Shown: positions 38,780 to 48,129 of the stretch, piece by piece
Numbering within the stretch: the stretch's first letter is position 1
Layout: each line of letters opens with the position of its first letter
Source: a virus
Taxonomy: Duplodnaviria > Caudoviricetes
IMG/VR virus record: IMGVR_UViG_2869455143_000004
Span: 21,318 to 85,317 of that record
Strand: one strand, 5' to 3'
Length of the DNA: 64,000 bases
Notes under the pieces: model-generated
What the model was told of the DNA's origin: nothing
What the model saw: only the letters and a program-made list of their open reading frames with translations
Databases searched by the model: none
Program-made: the position numbers and the translations under genes

Positions 38780-39211
38780 TCACCCTTCAGCATCTTCCGC
38801 TAACAATTCAAGCATTGACGGTTTAGGGTTATCAGCCACGATCTGAGTTGGTGAGCTGCAGGCGTCTACTTCCGCCTCTTTGCGGGGCTTGCTGTCGGCA
38901 TTCAGCCACTGATGGATTAGCGCAGGCATCTGGCCCTTCGTTAAATCGGGTTTAAACCACAAGCTGTACGCCGTCCGGGAGCCACCAGCAGCTGCATACT
39001 CCGCGAAATTGACAATGTAACCCTCCACTCCCTTTTTAAACTCTACGTCATCCATTTTATTACCATTTAACGCGACCATGCCTGAGTCCTGATAAATGAT
39101 AACTTTGCGCGTACCGCACTCGAAATTAAGCGCACGTAAGCTGGTGGATTGTCCTACTGTCGGAACAGAGATTAGCAATGCAGAAATTAAAACCCGTTTT
39201 ATATTTTTCAT
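38780..39211 (-). CDS. Secreted/periplasmic protein with signal peptide
   Basis: MKNIKRVLISALLISVPTVGQS N-terminus; two Cys in the mature part. Confidence 0.65.
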   Translation of the reverse strand: MKNIKRVLISALLISVPTVGQSTSLRALNFECGTRKVIIYQDSGMVALNGNKMDDVEFKKGVEGYIVNFAEYAAAGGSRTAYSLWFKPDLTKGQMPALIHQWLNADSKPRKEAEVDACSSPTQIVADNPKPSMLELLAEDAEG

Positions 39212-39404
39212 ATTTCCCTACCAGACTAAAAAGCAATAAATATGCTTTCACTTATATCTGGCGAGATAGGTTATAGGACTTTCCGCAACAATAGTATGTT
39301 ATTAAGCAATAATCTTTAACGCCCCAACCTGAGCGCGTCAGCTGCCGCGCGTCCTGTGGCTCATGGCTTCTTGCTATGACTGGGCGTGTTGGCTATTAGA
39401 CATT

Positions 39405-39415
39405 ATTTTCTAAGG
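39405..39415. promoter_or_regulatory. Putative C1 operator
   Basis: ATTTTCTAAGG. Confidence 0.55.
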
Positions 39416-39696
39416 GTTTACTTTAATTTTAATTATAACAACTAAAGGAGGGCAATGAGCAGGTTACTATAAAAACTCATTTGCTCACCTGCCCCTGAAG
39501 AAAATAACATAGCCACCAACGAGAAATGATAAAAACAAAGGGCTGAACATGAAAATCAAACTAAAGCTTGTTATCTTTACTTTTAAAATAAATCTTCATA
39601 TTGAAAGATTGTGTAATTGAATAACCAACAGTACGTTTACGCTCCGTAGTGGTCTATGATTAATCCGCTATTCAATAAACAAAAACGAGGCTTTAC

Positions 39697-39906
39697 ATGG
39701 ATGAAGAATATATCGAGGCTTTAAACCTGAACCCAAACCATAGATTTGAGTTAATCAGTAGCCGAAACGAGGACCGCAAAGGGCGTGATACGGACTATTA
39801 CACGTATCGTGAGTATGACGAACAAGGCAACGACCTTGGTACCATTACAGTCGCCGATACGACGTCACATTTCCCGCCACAAAGACGGACGATTACACGG
39901 GCTTAG
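39697..39906 (+). CDS. Small charged hypothetical protein (moron-like)
   Basis: 69 aa, GAGG RBS, preceded by AT-rich DNA. Confidence 0.55.
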   Translation: MDEEYIEALNLNPNHRFELISSRNEDRKGRDTDYYTYREYDEQGNDLGTITVADTTSHFPPQRRTITRA

Positions 39907-39947
39907 AAAGTTAGGTAGGAAAGGGGGTAATTGTACCCCCTATATGG

Positions 39948-40439
39948 TTAGTTACCGACGGCTACTGCAGCATACGCTTCACGCATCGCCTCATGGAGTT
40001 CCGCAAACTTCTCTGCCTTGTACATCGTTTCCCATGACAGCCAGTTGGTTGTGACCATGGCCCAATGAGGCCCGCAATTAAGCATAGGGTCCAGAGGCAC
40101 CTTTGCCCCTTCCTGGTACACCGCCTCTATCATTCGAACGCAGCGCCCAAAATCATCAACGTCACGGGGGTAAGCATGCTCAGCGCTACAGCTCCCCGTC
40201 AGCATAGCTGCCATATAAAGACTGCTGTCCCCCACATCATCACTGGCAAGCCACGCATTCAATCCTACCCCCTTCAAGCCCACGACAGGCTTACGGGCGA
40301 ACTCCTTAACGATTAAATTGGCTGCTTCGATTATCGTGTTGTAACGGTGGTCTACAGTGAGGCCAGGAATCTGGCGGCACAGTTCTGTAGAAATGGCACT
40401 TATTAAAGCAATCTGGTCTATCTGGTGGGTGTCGCTCAT
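39948..40439 (-). CDS. Hypothetical protein
   Basis: Probable start MSDTHQ; AWLASDDVGDSS and YPRDVDDFGRC motifs. Confidence 0.6.
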   Translation of the reverse strand: MSDTHQIDQIALISAISTELCRQIPGLTVDHRYNTIIEAANLIVKEFARKPVVGLKGVGLNAWLASDDVGDSSLYMAAMLTGSCSAEHAYPRDVDDFGRCVRMIEAVYQEGAKVPLDPMLNCGPHWAMVTTNWLSWETMYKAEKFAELHEAMREAYAAVAVGN

Positions 40440-40461
40440 TGCTGGCTTCCTTGTAATGGAT

Positions 40462-40902
40462 TCAGGCGACCTGGTGGCAGGTAACGCCCATAGAACGGAT
40501 AGCGGCGCACACGTCCGGGTTATCATCGAACGCACACAAAATGTTTTCGGTACCGATGTTCCTGATCCAGTCGCGCTTAACCTCAGCTGGTGGTCGGTGC
40601 TCTTTCTCCCCACGCATGATCAGGCGGTCATAAGGGATCTGGAATAGCGATAACCAGGCAGCGGTTTCCGCATAGGCCACCTCTCCCCGGCTGGTAAGTA
40701 TGAAAATCCTGTAATGTCTGCTCAGTGCCACCAGCAACGCGATATTCGCCATGATGGGAGTATCTTTCTCACACGCCAGGCTAAAACGGTCCCAGTTCGG
40801 CGCGTAACCCATCATGTCCGGGCCAGGAATCAGATACTCACGGTGGCGGTGGTCAGCCAACGTATTGTCCAGGTCAAACACCACGATATCTGCAGTGGTC
40901 AC
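40462..40902 (-). CDS. pap: HAD-family phosphatase (PNK phosphatase-like, P1 Pap-like)
   Basis: VVFDLDNTLAD, ILTSRGE and AFDDNPDV motifs. Confidence 0.85.
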   Translation of the reverse strand: MTTADIVVFDLDNTLADHRHREYLIPGPDMMGYAPNWDRFSLACEKDTPIMANIALLVALSRHYRIFILTSRGEVAYAETAAWLSLFQIPYDRLIMRGEKEHRPPAEVKRDWIRNIGTENILCAFDDNPDVCAAIRSMGVTCHQVA

Positions 40903-40946
40903 AAAAACACTCCTGTCATTCGTAAGTGAACAATAAAAATTAAATG

Positions 40947-40957
40947 TAATTCTAAGG
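40947..40957. promoter_or_regulatory. Putative C1 operator
   Basis: TAATTCTAAGG between the divergent pap and ref genes. Confidence 0.65.
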
Positions 40958-41017
40958 TGTTTGTATTTATCGAATGGATAAATTACAACATTCCGTTTTA
41001 TACTCTGAGAATACCAT

Positions 41018-41028
41018 TAAATCTAAGG
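41018..41028. promoter_or_regulatory. Putative C1 operator (ref)
   Basis: TAAATCTAAGG. Confidence 0.6.
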
Positions 41029-41047
41029 TATTTTAAAAGGGTTGTTC

Positions 41048-41686
41048 ATGCTTAGTACAGAGGATCGGGATGCACTCTACGAAAAACAGCGAATCGCAGC
41101 GCAACGGCAGCGCGAGCGTCAGAAAACCAAGCTGGCTGACCCAGCTTATCGGCAACATCAACAGGAAAAACGCCAGGCGGCAGCACAACGATCCGCCGAA
41201 AAACGATTAGCCCGTATCCGTTCGCCGGAGTATCAGGAAGCGCAGCGTGAAAAACAGCGCATTAAGCGACAGGAATCGGCACAGAAACCACGTACAACAC
41301 TTACCGTTACCAAACCCCGCAAAACCTCAACGCGAGGACTGAAAGGCCGAACCCCAACTGCAGACGAACGGCGCGTAATGGATGCGTTAGCCAAACTCCC
41401 CTGCACCGCTTGCTGGCTGCATAAGCACCACCAGCCAATTGTCAGCCTGCATCATGTAAATGGGCGCACTGCAGCTGGCGCGCATATGGATGTTTTACCG
41501 TTGTGCCGGTGGCATCACCAGGACGCGGCCTCAAAAGCAGATCGAGAGCAATACCCGTGGCTGGTGCCGGTTCATGCCAGCGGCAATGTTGGCGGAAAGG
41601 CCGAATTTACGCGCCTGAACGCCTCGGAAGAGGATTTGCTACTCATGGCCTACAAACAGGCTGGAATAACCAGAGAGGGGCGCTAA
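41048..41686 (+). CDS. ref: Ref, RecA-dependent HNH-like nuclease
   Basis: SRGLKGRTPT-like segment, LPCTAC, SLHHVNGRT, LPLCRWHHQ and YPWLVPVHA match P1 Ref. Confidence 0.93.
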   Translation: MLSTEDRDALYEKQRIAAQRQRERQKTKLADPAYRQHQQEKRQAAAQRSAEKRLARIRSPEYQEAQREKQRIKRQESAQKPRTTLTVTKPRKTSTRGLKGRTPTADERRVMDALAKLPCTACWLHKHHQPIVSLHHVNGRTAAGAHMDVLPLCRWHHQDAASKADREQYPWLVPVHASGNVGGKAEFTRLNASEEDLLLMAYKQAGITREGR

Positions 41687-41913
41687 TGGCTCGCACAACA
41701 ACGGAACGGGCCTTAAATCCCCACGGTCACGTATATGTACTGGATGGATTGACCAAACTCCATATTTGCAAGATTTGCGGAACCTGTGAGCGCCGGAACG
41801 GACAATATTGGTGGGCTGGTAAGTGGAGTAAGACAGAGCCGCCGTGCGGCCTCAATACTGAGGAACAACGGGACTGGCATAAAAGCGCCAACCCCGACAA
41901 CGAAGACAGCTAA
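41686..41913 (+). CDS. Small Cys/His/Trp-rich hypothetical protein
   Basis: 75 aa, coupled to ref; HICKICGTC. Confidence 0.55.
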   Translation: MARTTTERALNPHGHVYVLDGLTKLHICKICGTCERRNGQYWWAGKWSKTEPPCGLNTEEQRDWHKSANPDNEDS

Positions 41914-41932
41914 CACACTGCCTGCTTTCTTA

Positions 41933-42163
41933 TCACCACATCTTTCTGGCGCGATCAATTTGCTTACGAACATGCTCGCTGGTTGCATTAGGATGCGCGC
42001 CACCAAGATACGAAGTCATTTCTTTAGCAAAATCATCAAATGAAGCACCATTCGCTTTTGCGTCTTTTATTGCTGATTTTGCTTCTTTTTGGTCAATTGG
42101 ATGACCAGCAAAAACTCCATCAGCACATCCAAAGCTACGCCCAACCTTTTTCTTCCAAGGCAT
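41933..42163 (-). CDS. Small hypothetical protein (moron-like)
   Basis: 76 aa, AAGGAG RBS, opposite strand to its neighbours. Confidence 0.6.
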   Translation of the reverse strand: MPWKKKVGRSFGCADGVFAGHPIDQKEAKSAIKDAKANGASFDDFAKEMTSYLGGAHPNATSEHVRKQIDRARKMW

Positions 42164-42379
42164 CTTCTTCTCCTTTTTTGATTGTCATAATCGCCGAGTA
42201 CACCGGCTGCGAAAACGTCACCGAAAACAAGCGGTTGAATTCACGCAGACCAGTATGGCGTAAACGATACATAATTCCACCGCTTAAGCTGCCTATTCTT
42301 GATTATGAAGGAGGTCAACCAACCCTTACTCAACTCACCGTGACTAATAATTTTTCCTTTGACATGAAAAAACACAAAG

Positions 42380-42396
42380 TACAAACCGCATAAAAT
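42380..42396 (+). promoter_or_regulatory. Putative late promoter (tail/baseplate operon)
   Basis: TACAAACCGCA-TAAAAT. Confidence 0.58.
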
Positions 42397-42525
42397 CCTC
42401 GCAGCTGTTGTGTTCCCTTGAGGGTACTTTTGACAATTTAACTTCCTGCTTTAGCGCGGTTGGGAACATCAATAGCCAGTAAGGGGCCGCAATCGCGGCC
42501 TTTTTGCTTTCTGGAGGATAGAAAA

Positions 42526-43185
42526 TTGAGTCAAAAAATAGCTGTTTTCAGTCTCTCAACATCAAACCCGCTCTATGTCACCGCTATCTATAACGATGAC
42601 AACAACCTGATAATGAGCATCCCGAAACCACTCCCCAACTCATTAAAACAACAACGAGTAAAAGTGATCCCCGCCATCGAGAAGCTACTTAAAGCTGACT
42701 TTAAGGTGCTGGTGGATGAAACCAGTGGGACCATTGCGAGTGAAAGCGGCGCTCACCATGTTTCACTGAAGACGCGACATACAGACTCGCGCGCAGCCGT
42801 TCTCGTCGGCATCGAGCGCTACAACGAATTGCGCCTCCAGAAAGCCATTTCTCTTCCTGAGAAAAACCCCGGCGCATATGAGATCCCGTCTTCTATCGTG
42901 GACATTGATTACAACGCCGCCGGTGACGAGGTGTATCACATCAACTGGCAGGATATTCGACCCGAGCACCTGCTCACGATCATGTGCTGTTTTGCCACGG
43001 TATACCATCCTGTCACCTCTGCTGCGTACATCAAAGCAATGACCGGCGGCGGCGAAGAACGCGAGCAGCACCCGCTATTACGCGTTTTCGGGAACCTCAT
43101 TAAGCATCAGGAAGTGACCAGTGCAAACGCCGTTCCGCCATCGCTAACCGGGCAGCGAATCAGTGATAACGAGGTCATTCTATGA
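42526..43185 (+). CDS. P1-like morphogenetic protein
   Basis: TTG start after GGAGG; first gene of the tail/baseplate operon. Confidence 0.55.
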   Translation: MSQKIAVFSLSTSNPLYVTAIYNDDNNLIMSIPKPLPNSLKQQRVKVIPAIEKLLKADFKVLVDETSGTIASESGAHHVSLKTRHTDSRAAVLVGIERYNELRLQKAISLPEKNPGAYEIPSSIVDIDYNAAGDEVYHINWQDIRPEHLLTIMCCFATVYHPVTSAAYIKAMTGGGEEREQHPLLRVFGNLIKHQEVTSANAVPPSLTGQRISDNEVIL

Positions 43186-43511
43186 GTTACAACCGCCTGG
43201 ATGACCGCACAATTGACGATCCTATCCTGCTGGCATTGTTTCATCAGGAAGTCATTGCACGGGCCACCAGCTACAGCGCCGACAACATCTCTTACACCAT
43301 CAAGCCCGATGAGGTTTACCGTTCTGATTTGTCGGCGTTTCGCTGTTACGGTAATGAAGAATTACGCTGGGTATTCCGCCTGCTGGTGGGGCATGAATCT
43401 GAAACTGAAGCCATGCCGGTTGGCACAACATTAACCGTGCCGCCGGTGGCCTGGATACGTGACCGGATGCGCGACTATGCGTCGGGAACGGTGGAGTTAA
43501 TCAGTGGCTGA
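43182..43511 (+). CDS. Baseplate protein with LysM-like fold (P1 gp26-like)
   Basis: YTIKPDEVYRSDLSAFRCYG..ELRWV and MPVGTTLTVP. Confidence 0.7.
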   Translation: MSYNRLDDRTIDDPILLALFHQEVIARATSYSADNISYTIKPDEVYRSDLSAFRCYGNEELRWVFRLLVGHESETEAMPVGTTLTVPPVAWIRDRMRDYASGTVELISG

Positions 43512-44706
43512 TTTTCCCCGCGCCAGTAACGGGCGATACCAGACAGAAGGCCTCAGCGCGCGCGAGTTCGAACGCCTATTCAACCAGATTGAGAAGGATA
43601 AGCGAAGCAAGCGCCGCGCCGCTCGCCGCACTCTGACGCCGTTTTCACTGAAGAACAAAACAGCCGAAGATATCCTCTCGCTTGGCAAGAAGAAAAAAGG
43701 CGGTACGTTCTTCACGGTCGAAGACCTGAAGGCATTTGAAAGCCGCCGCAAGGATATCCGACAGACGTTCAATTCAGGCGTTGCCGGGATCACCTATGCC
43801 CAGCTCATAGCCGGAAGTGAAGCGATCGACGTTAAGCGTGCTAACAACGCCGTAGACGACGGTTCCGGCATTAAGCGCGCCGTGCCTTCATCATTGAAAC
43901 ATAACGTCGTCACGGTCAGCGTGGAGGCATCAGATCGCTCCGAAGACCAGCATCACCGCGTGAAAGTGCGTTTTGAGGAATGGGATTCACTAATTGATGA
44001 GCTGGGGGATGAGACTAGCGCGGTAAAAGTGACGAAAAAGCTGTGTGCCGGTCGTGTATCCTTTGATTGTGATTGTGGTCGTCACCAATACTGGTATCGC
44101 TACATCGCGACCGCCGGTAACTTTGCCCTGGCACCACCAAAGGAATACGCCTTCCCCAAAATCCGTAACCCTAATCTCAAAGGGATCGCCTGTAAGCACG
44201 TGATCCACGCAATGACCCGACTCCAGTCGGCAAGCTGGCAATTGCGGATCGGTCAGGCCATGCTGCAGGCCGCTAAGCGTGTAGGGTTCGGTGACGACAA
44301 GCGGCGTACTACTAAGCATTTCACCGAGGAAGACCGGAAAAGATTCAACAAGAACCGTAACTCACAGACTAACCAGGGGGCGATGCGTCAGGAGTGGGAT
44401 AAATACCAGCGCCGCCAGAAAGCGCTGGGTAATCAGATTGCGCGAGACAGTACAAAGCTACGCACCCTCAGCGACAAACTGCTAAAAGCCCGGAAAATGA
44501 CGCAAAAACAACGGGCAAAGGCAGAAGAAAGTCAGCAAAAGCTTAAAGCCGAGCAGGATAAAAACAAGGTGCTGCAGCAGCAGCTCGCCGACCGTTTCAA
44601 GGTGGAACGCCAGGCGTTTATTGATGCGATGGTTATGACTGGTGTATCACGTCAGGATGCCGAAAAACGCTTCCTGGACTACGTGAAAAACAAAGGCAGG
44701 GGTTAA
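43504..44706 (+). CDS. Tail protein with SWIM-type Zn finger (P1 gp25-like)
   Basis: FDCDCGRHQYWYRY...ACKHV; 400 aa; P1 synteny. Confidence 0.7.
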   Translation: MADFPRASNGRYQTEGLSAREFERLFNQIEKDKRSKRRAARRTLTPFSLKNKTAEDILSLGKKKKGGTFFTVEDLKAFESRRKDIRQTFNSGVAGITYAQLIAGSEAIDVKRANNAVDDGSGIKRAVPSSLKHNVVTVSVEASDRSEDQHHRVKVRFEEWDSLIDELGDETSAVKVTKKLCAGRVSFDCDCGRHQYWYRYIATAGNFALAPPKEYAFPKIRNPNLKGIACKHVIHAMTRLQSASWQLRIGQAMLQAAKRVGFGDDKRRTTKHFTEEDRKRFNKNRNSQTNQGAMRQEWDKYQRRQKALGNQIARDSTKLRTLSDKLLKARKMTQKQRAKAEESQQKLKAEQDKNKVLQQQLADRFKVERQAFIDAMVMTGVSRQDAEKRFLDYVKNKGRG

Positions 44707-44742
44707 TGCAAAAGCCCCCAACCTTTCGGTCAGGGGGCTGTT

Positions 44743-45162
44743 TTACGCGTCCATGAATGAGCTTGGCGGAATGTTGAAGCGCCGCGCAAGTGCTTTCATG
44801 TGATCCAGTGTTAATGAGCGAGTCCCGTTAAGGATGCGGCTCACCAGCGATTTCTTACCAATCTCTTCCTCAAAATCACTCTGAGTCAGTTTGTGCTGGT
44901 CCATCAGGACACGCAGCAGGGCCACGCCACTTGGTAACGCTGCAATACGGTCGTTGAACTCCGCGAACTCTTCCGCCTCATCTTCATACTGGGCAATTTT
45001 CGCAACCAGCATGTCCACCAGCGGATGATCTGGCTCGTGTTCAACCAAGTATTCAACCAGCGTCAGCGCGTCTTCATAGTCCTTGCGAGAGGCATTGCCC
45101 CCCAGGAGGGGGACAATGCTAACCAGGCTGTTTGCCGCCTGGATAGCATCGGTGTACATCAT
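44743..45162 (-). CDS. higA: Antitoxin HigA (HTH-XRE)
   Basis: LMDQHKLTQSDF..IGKKSLVSRILNG.RSLT..H. Confidence 0.92.
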   Translation of the reverse strand: MMYTDAIQAANSLVSIVPLLGGNASRKDYEDALTLVEYLVEHEPDHPLVDMLVAKIAQYEDEAEEFAEFNDRIAALPSGVALLRVLMDQHKLTQSDFEEEIGKKSLVSRILNGTRSLTLDHMKALARRFNIPPSSFMDA

Positions 45163-45470
45163 TCTTTAGTTCTCCGGTAAAAATCTGTCAGCTTGTCGTA
45201 TTCGGCGTGTGTGGTTATGTGCTTTATAAAGATTTTCCCACGCTCAAAATCAGCAAAAAACATCACCCTTAAATTCCCACCGCCAACATCGATCACCCAC
45301 CACTTCTCCCGATATTTCATTCTGTCCAGCGAGGCAAATCGTTTTTTCATTTCGTCCGGTGAAGTGTAGTTCTCTCTCTTCAAAGTCCGGTATACGTCGT
45401 CTAGTGCCGCTGCCTGATTGGGGAATTGCCTGGTGGCTGTATCGAAAGGTGCTCTCGATACAACATGCAT
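45159..45470 (-). CDS. higB: Toxin HigB (RelE-superfamily mRNA interferase)
   Basis: Probable start MHVVSR; WVIDVGGGNLR and THAEYDK motifs. Confidence 0.92.
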   Translation of the reverse strand: MHVVSRAPFDTATRQFPNQAAALDDVYRTLKRENYTSPDEMKKRFASLDRMKYREKWWVIDVGGGNLRVMFFADFERGKIFIKHITTHAEYDKLTDFYRRTKE

Positions 45471-45485
45471 CCTTCGCTCTCCTTG

Positions 45486-45541
45486 TGTTTCCATCTTGGA
45501 AACATAATATCGCACTCCCGCAGAGTTGACAAGTTGGAAAC
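45486..45541 (-). promoter_or_regulatory. higBA sigma70 promoter and operator palindrome
   Basis: Minus strand TTGTCA-17 nt-TATTAT; palindrome TGTTTCCA-TCT-TGGAAACA at 45486..45504. Confidence 0.7.
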
Positions 45542-45567
45542 TGAAAATAATTAGTGCCTCTGCAATT

Positions 45568-45584
45568 CACAATCTCCATACAGT
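45568..45584 (+). promoter_or_regulatory. Putative late promoter
   Basis: CACAATCTCCA-TACAGT. Confidence 0.5.
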
Positions 45585-45611
45585 GCTCACATACGCAAAT
45601 TAACCCCGTCA

Positions 45612-46385
45612 GTGAGGCACAGAATGGGCCGTTTTGATGAATGGTTTGACGACATAAGGCCGGTAACAGTCACTCCGGTTAGCCCTGTCGTTATCCAGCC
45701 AGAGGAAACAACCGAAGCCACCCCACCAGCAATTACCGATATGGATGAGCTGGTGGAGGTGGATATTGCTGCCCCGCAGCAGCCAGAAGAAACGCTTTTT
45801 GATGAGATAGGCTCAACAGAAAGCGCGCCGGTCGCAGCATTGCCAGGTGAACTGGCGACACGCGACCAGGACATAAGTCTGAAGCCGCGTTTTAAAGGCC
45901 ACTCCCCGCTCAATTCGATGGTGCGCCAGGACTGGATGAAATTCATAGACCTGCACCCGGATAACTTTGACGCCCTGCTCTTTCGACCAGACCCCGAGGA
46001 TGTGGGCGAGGTTGACGAAGAAAGCGGTATTGAAGGCCCGTCCTACACCGAACTGAACAACAACCAGCGTGACCTACGCTATCTCGATCCGGTCCCGGTC
46101 AAGGTGTTGGATTGTCCTGATGAACGGGATTCATTTCAGGCCGTTGATTCTGACGGCGAACAGGACGGGCTGAGTGATGAGCTTCAGTTACTGCGTATAG
46201 CCGCAGAAAACGTTTCTATCGGTTCAATACTCACCTGGAATGAAGAAATGGCATCCGGGAAGTTGGCCCAGCGCTGGTGGTATGTACATCGCATTTACAG
46301 CTTAGGTACACAGCACGTCGGCTCGCTGTATTACTGCATTCCTGCACGAAACATGGATACAACTGAGGGAGGGATCGTTAAATGA
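45612..46385 (+). CDS. Tail protein (P1 gp7-like)
   Basis: 257 aa, acidic; position in the 26-25-7-24-6-5 cluster. Confidence 0.6.
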   Translation: MRHRMGRFDEWFDDIRPVTVTPVSPVVIQPEETTEATPPAITDMDELVEVDIAAPQQPEETLFDEIGSTESAPVAALPGELATRDQDISLKPRFKGHSPLNSMVRQDWMKFIDLHPDNFDALLFRPDPEDVGEVDEESGIEGPSYTELNNNQRDLRYLDPVPVKVLDCPDERDSFQAVDSDGEQDGLSDELQLLRIAAENVSIGSILTWNEEMASGKLAQRWWYVHRIYSLGTQHVGSLYYCIPARNMDTTEGGIVK

Positions 46386-47146
46386 GTAGAGAACTTTTAG
46401 CCAAAACGCGCCAGTGGAAAAAAACACGTACAGGGAAGTTCGAAATAACCGGATTTTCCGCGATCGATGAAGCAGTGGCGCGGGAAATTAATAAAATTTT
46501 CAGCGACGTCGTAGTGACTCACCCCAACAGGGGCCGTGAGCGGTTTGCTGAGTTCCTGAAGCGTAAGCCGGAAGACCGCGTATTCGTGGGCAATTTTGAT
46601 AACGTGGTTGAATTTTTGGGCGCGGTTCGTCGCGCAGCTGCTGGACGCCGTAGCATTCCATCCGATAAAAATATTAACCGCGATGCCATGCCGTTTATCA
46701 ACATTTCACGGACCTTTGACGCTGACTACGAAAATAACGACAACCAACGTCATCGGCGCGAAGTAGGAGACTTAATGGCTGATGATGGCGAAACACCGAT
46801 CGCTGAGGTGGACGCCATGCAGGTATTGCTAACCTACAGCGTTACGTTGATTGCTGCCGAAAAATCCACTCTCAGCCTGATGTGTAACACCTTAGCGTCA
46901 TCATTACGCTGGCGCGAATCCACCAGCTTTACGGCTATCGACTATCTGGTTAACGCAAAAACGGAAATTGATTGCTCTTTCCAGGATGCAAAGGCTATCG
47001 GCTACAGCGATTTATCAACTCCGATTACCGAAAACCGGATATTTGCAGCCCAGGCGACGTTAACGGTTATGGCAGACATGCTAACCGCGTTCGAGGTCGA
47101 TGCGAGCGAGGTTCGTGTTCATACGTACAGCGGCACTCAGGGTTAG
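46382..47146 (+). CDS. Tail/baseplate protein (P1 gp24-like)
   Basis: 254 aa; synteny. Confidence 0.6.
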   Translation: MSRELLAKTRQWKKTRTGKFEITGFSAIDEAVAREINKIFSDVVVTHPNRGRERFAEFLKRKPEDRVFVGNFDNVVEFLGAVRRAAAGRRSIPSDKNINRDAMPFINISRTFDADYENNDNQRHRREVGDLMADDGETPIAEVDAMQVLLTYSVTLIAAEKSTLSLMCNTLASSLRWRESTSFTAIDYLVNAKTEIDCSFQDAKAIGYSDLSTPITENRIFAAQATLTVMADMLTAFEVDASEVRVHTYSGTQG

Positions 47147-47148
47147 TT

Positions 47149-48129
47149 ATGGCTCAGTTACAGCAATACTTTCTTCAGTCGGCAACGCTTAACGATCAGG
47201 TCATCCCCCGAGAATGGATAAATTCGGTTCTCTATATTGAGAAAACAGCGCTTACCGGCCCCCTTCTGCGTCTGGAGGTGAGGGATGCCACGGGTTCTAT
47301 TGTTGACGAATACAAAGCGGCCTACGGCGCTAAGCTGGTGGTCGAAACGGGCGATCCCACCGGCGACCGCAAGACGGTAAAAGAAACCTTTTTCGTTACG
47401 TCAGCACCGGCACAGGGCGATGTGGTCCAGATAACAGCGATCCTTGACGCTCTGAAGACAATCAAGACGCCCACCAGCGCAGCAAAACTGTTTTCAAACA
47501 GACAGCCAAGAGACATTCTCAAAGACTTTGCAGGTTCTTTAACCGTTGAGGCTGATACGTTTAAAAAAGCAGGAACGTATCACCTAAATATGGGAGAAAA
47601 GCCATCGCTGGTGCTCAGCCAAATAGCTGCCGATCATGGCGCTCTGGTGTGGATAGCGCGCGGTAAGTTTTACGTGAAGGAAATGGCGCGCTTAATCAAG
47701 ACAAAAGCGGCGATGGTGTATGAGTCCAATAACCCCTCAGCTCAATACACGATCAGCCGTTCCGAGCACATCAATCAGGATTTTGCCGCCACACAGGATA
47801 GCCAGTATCGCTTTGTTGGTTACTCAGAAACTGATGGGTATGTCGAAACTGGGGACGCCTCCCTGCCCGTTCGCTATGTTTCCGATGCAGATATGTCCAC
47901 GCTGAAGAACATGCAGCAGGTCCTGGTACCGAAATTAGACATTGAGGTATCAGGTAACACAGATATCACTGCAGGCATGGTGATCGGTATCCAGATCCAT
48001 CGCTACGACCAGAAAAACCAGGTAGATGAATCCCTCCCGAAAAACTTCATTGTTGAGCGAGTAGCGCATTACGAAGACCGCATATCGTATATCACGCGCA
48101 TGATATTAGGAGTGCCATACATTGAGTAA
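47149..48129 (+). CDS. Baseplate hub protein (P1 gp6-like)
   Basis: Start MAQLQQY; hub-like beta architecture; upstream of the spike gene. Confidence 0.65.
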   Translation: MAQLQQYFLQSATLNDQVIPREWINSVLYIEKTALTGPLLRLEVRDATGSIVDEYKAAYGAKLVVETGDPTGDRKTVKETFFVTSAPAQGDVVQITAILDALKTIKTPTSAAKLFSNRQPRDILKDFAGSLTVEADTFKKAGTYHLNMGEKPSLVLSQIAADHGALVWIARGKFYVKEMARLIKTKAAMVYESNNPSAQYTISRSEHINQDFAATQDSQYRFVGYSETDGYVETGDASLPVRYVSDADMSTLKNMQQVLVPKLDIEVSGNTDITAGMVIGIQIHRYDQKNQVDESLPKNFIVERVAHYEDRISYITRMILGVPYIE

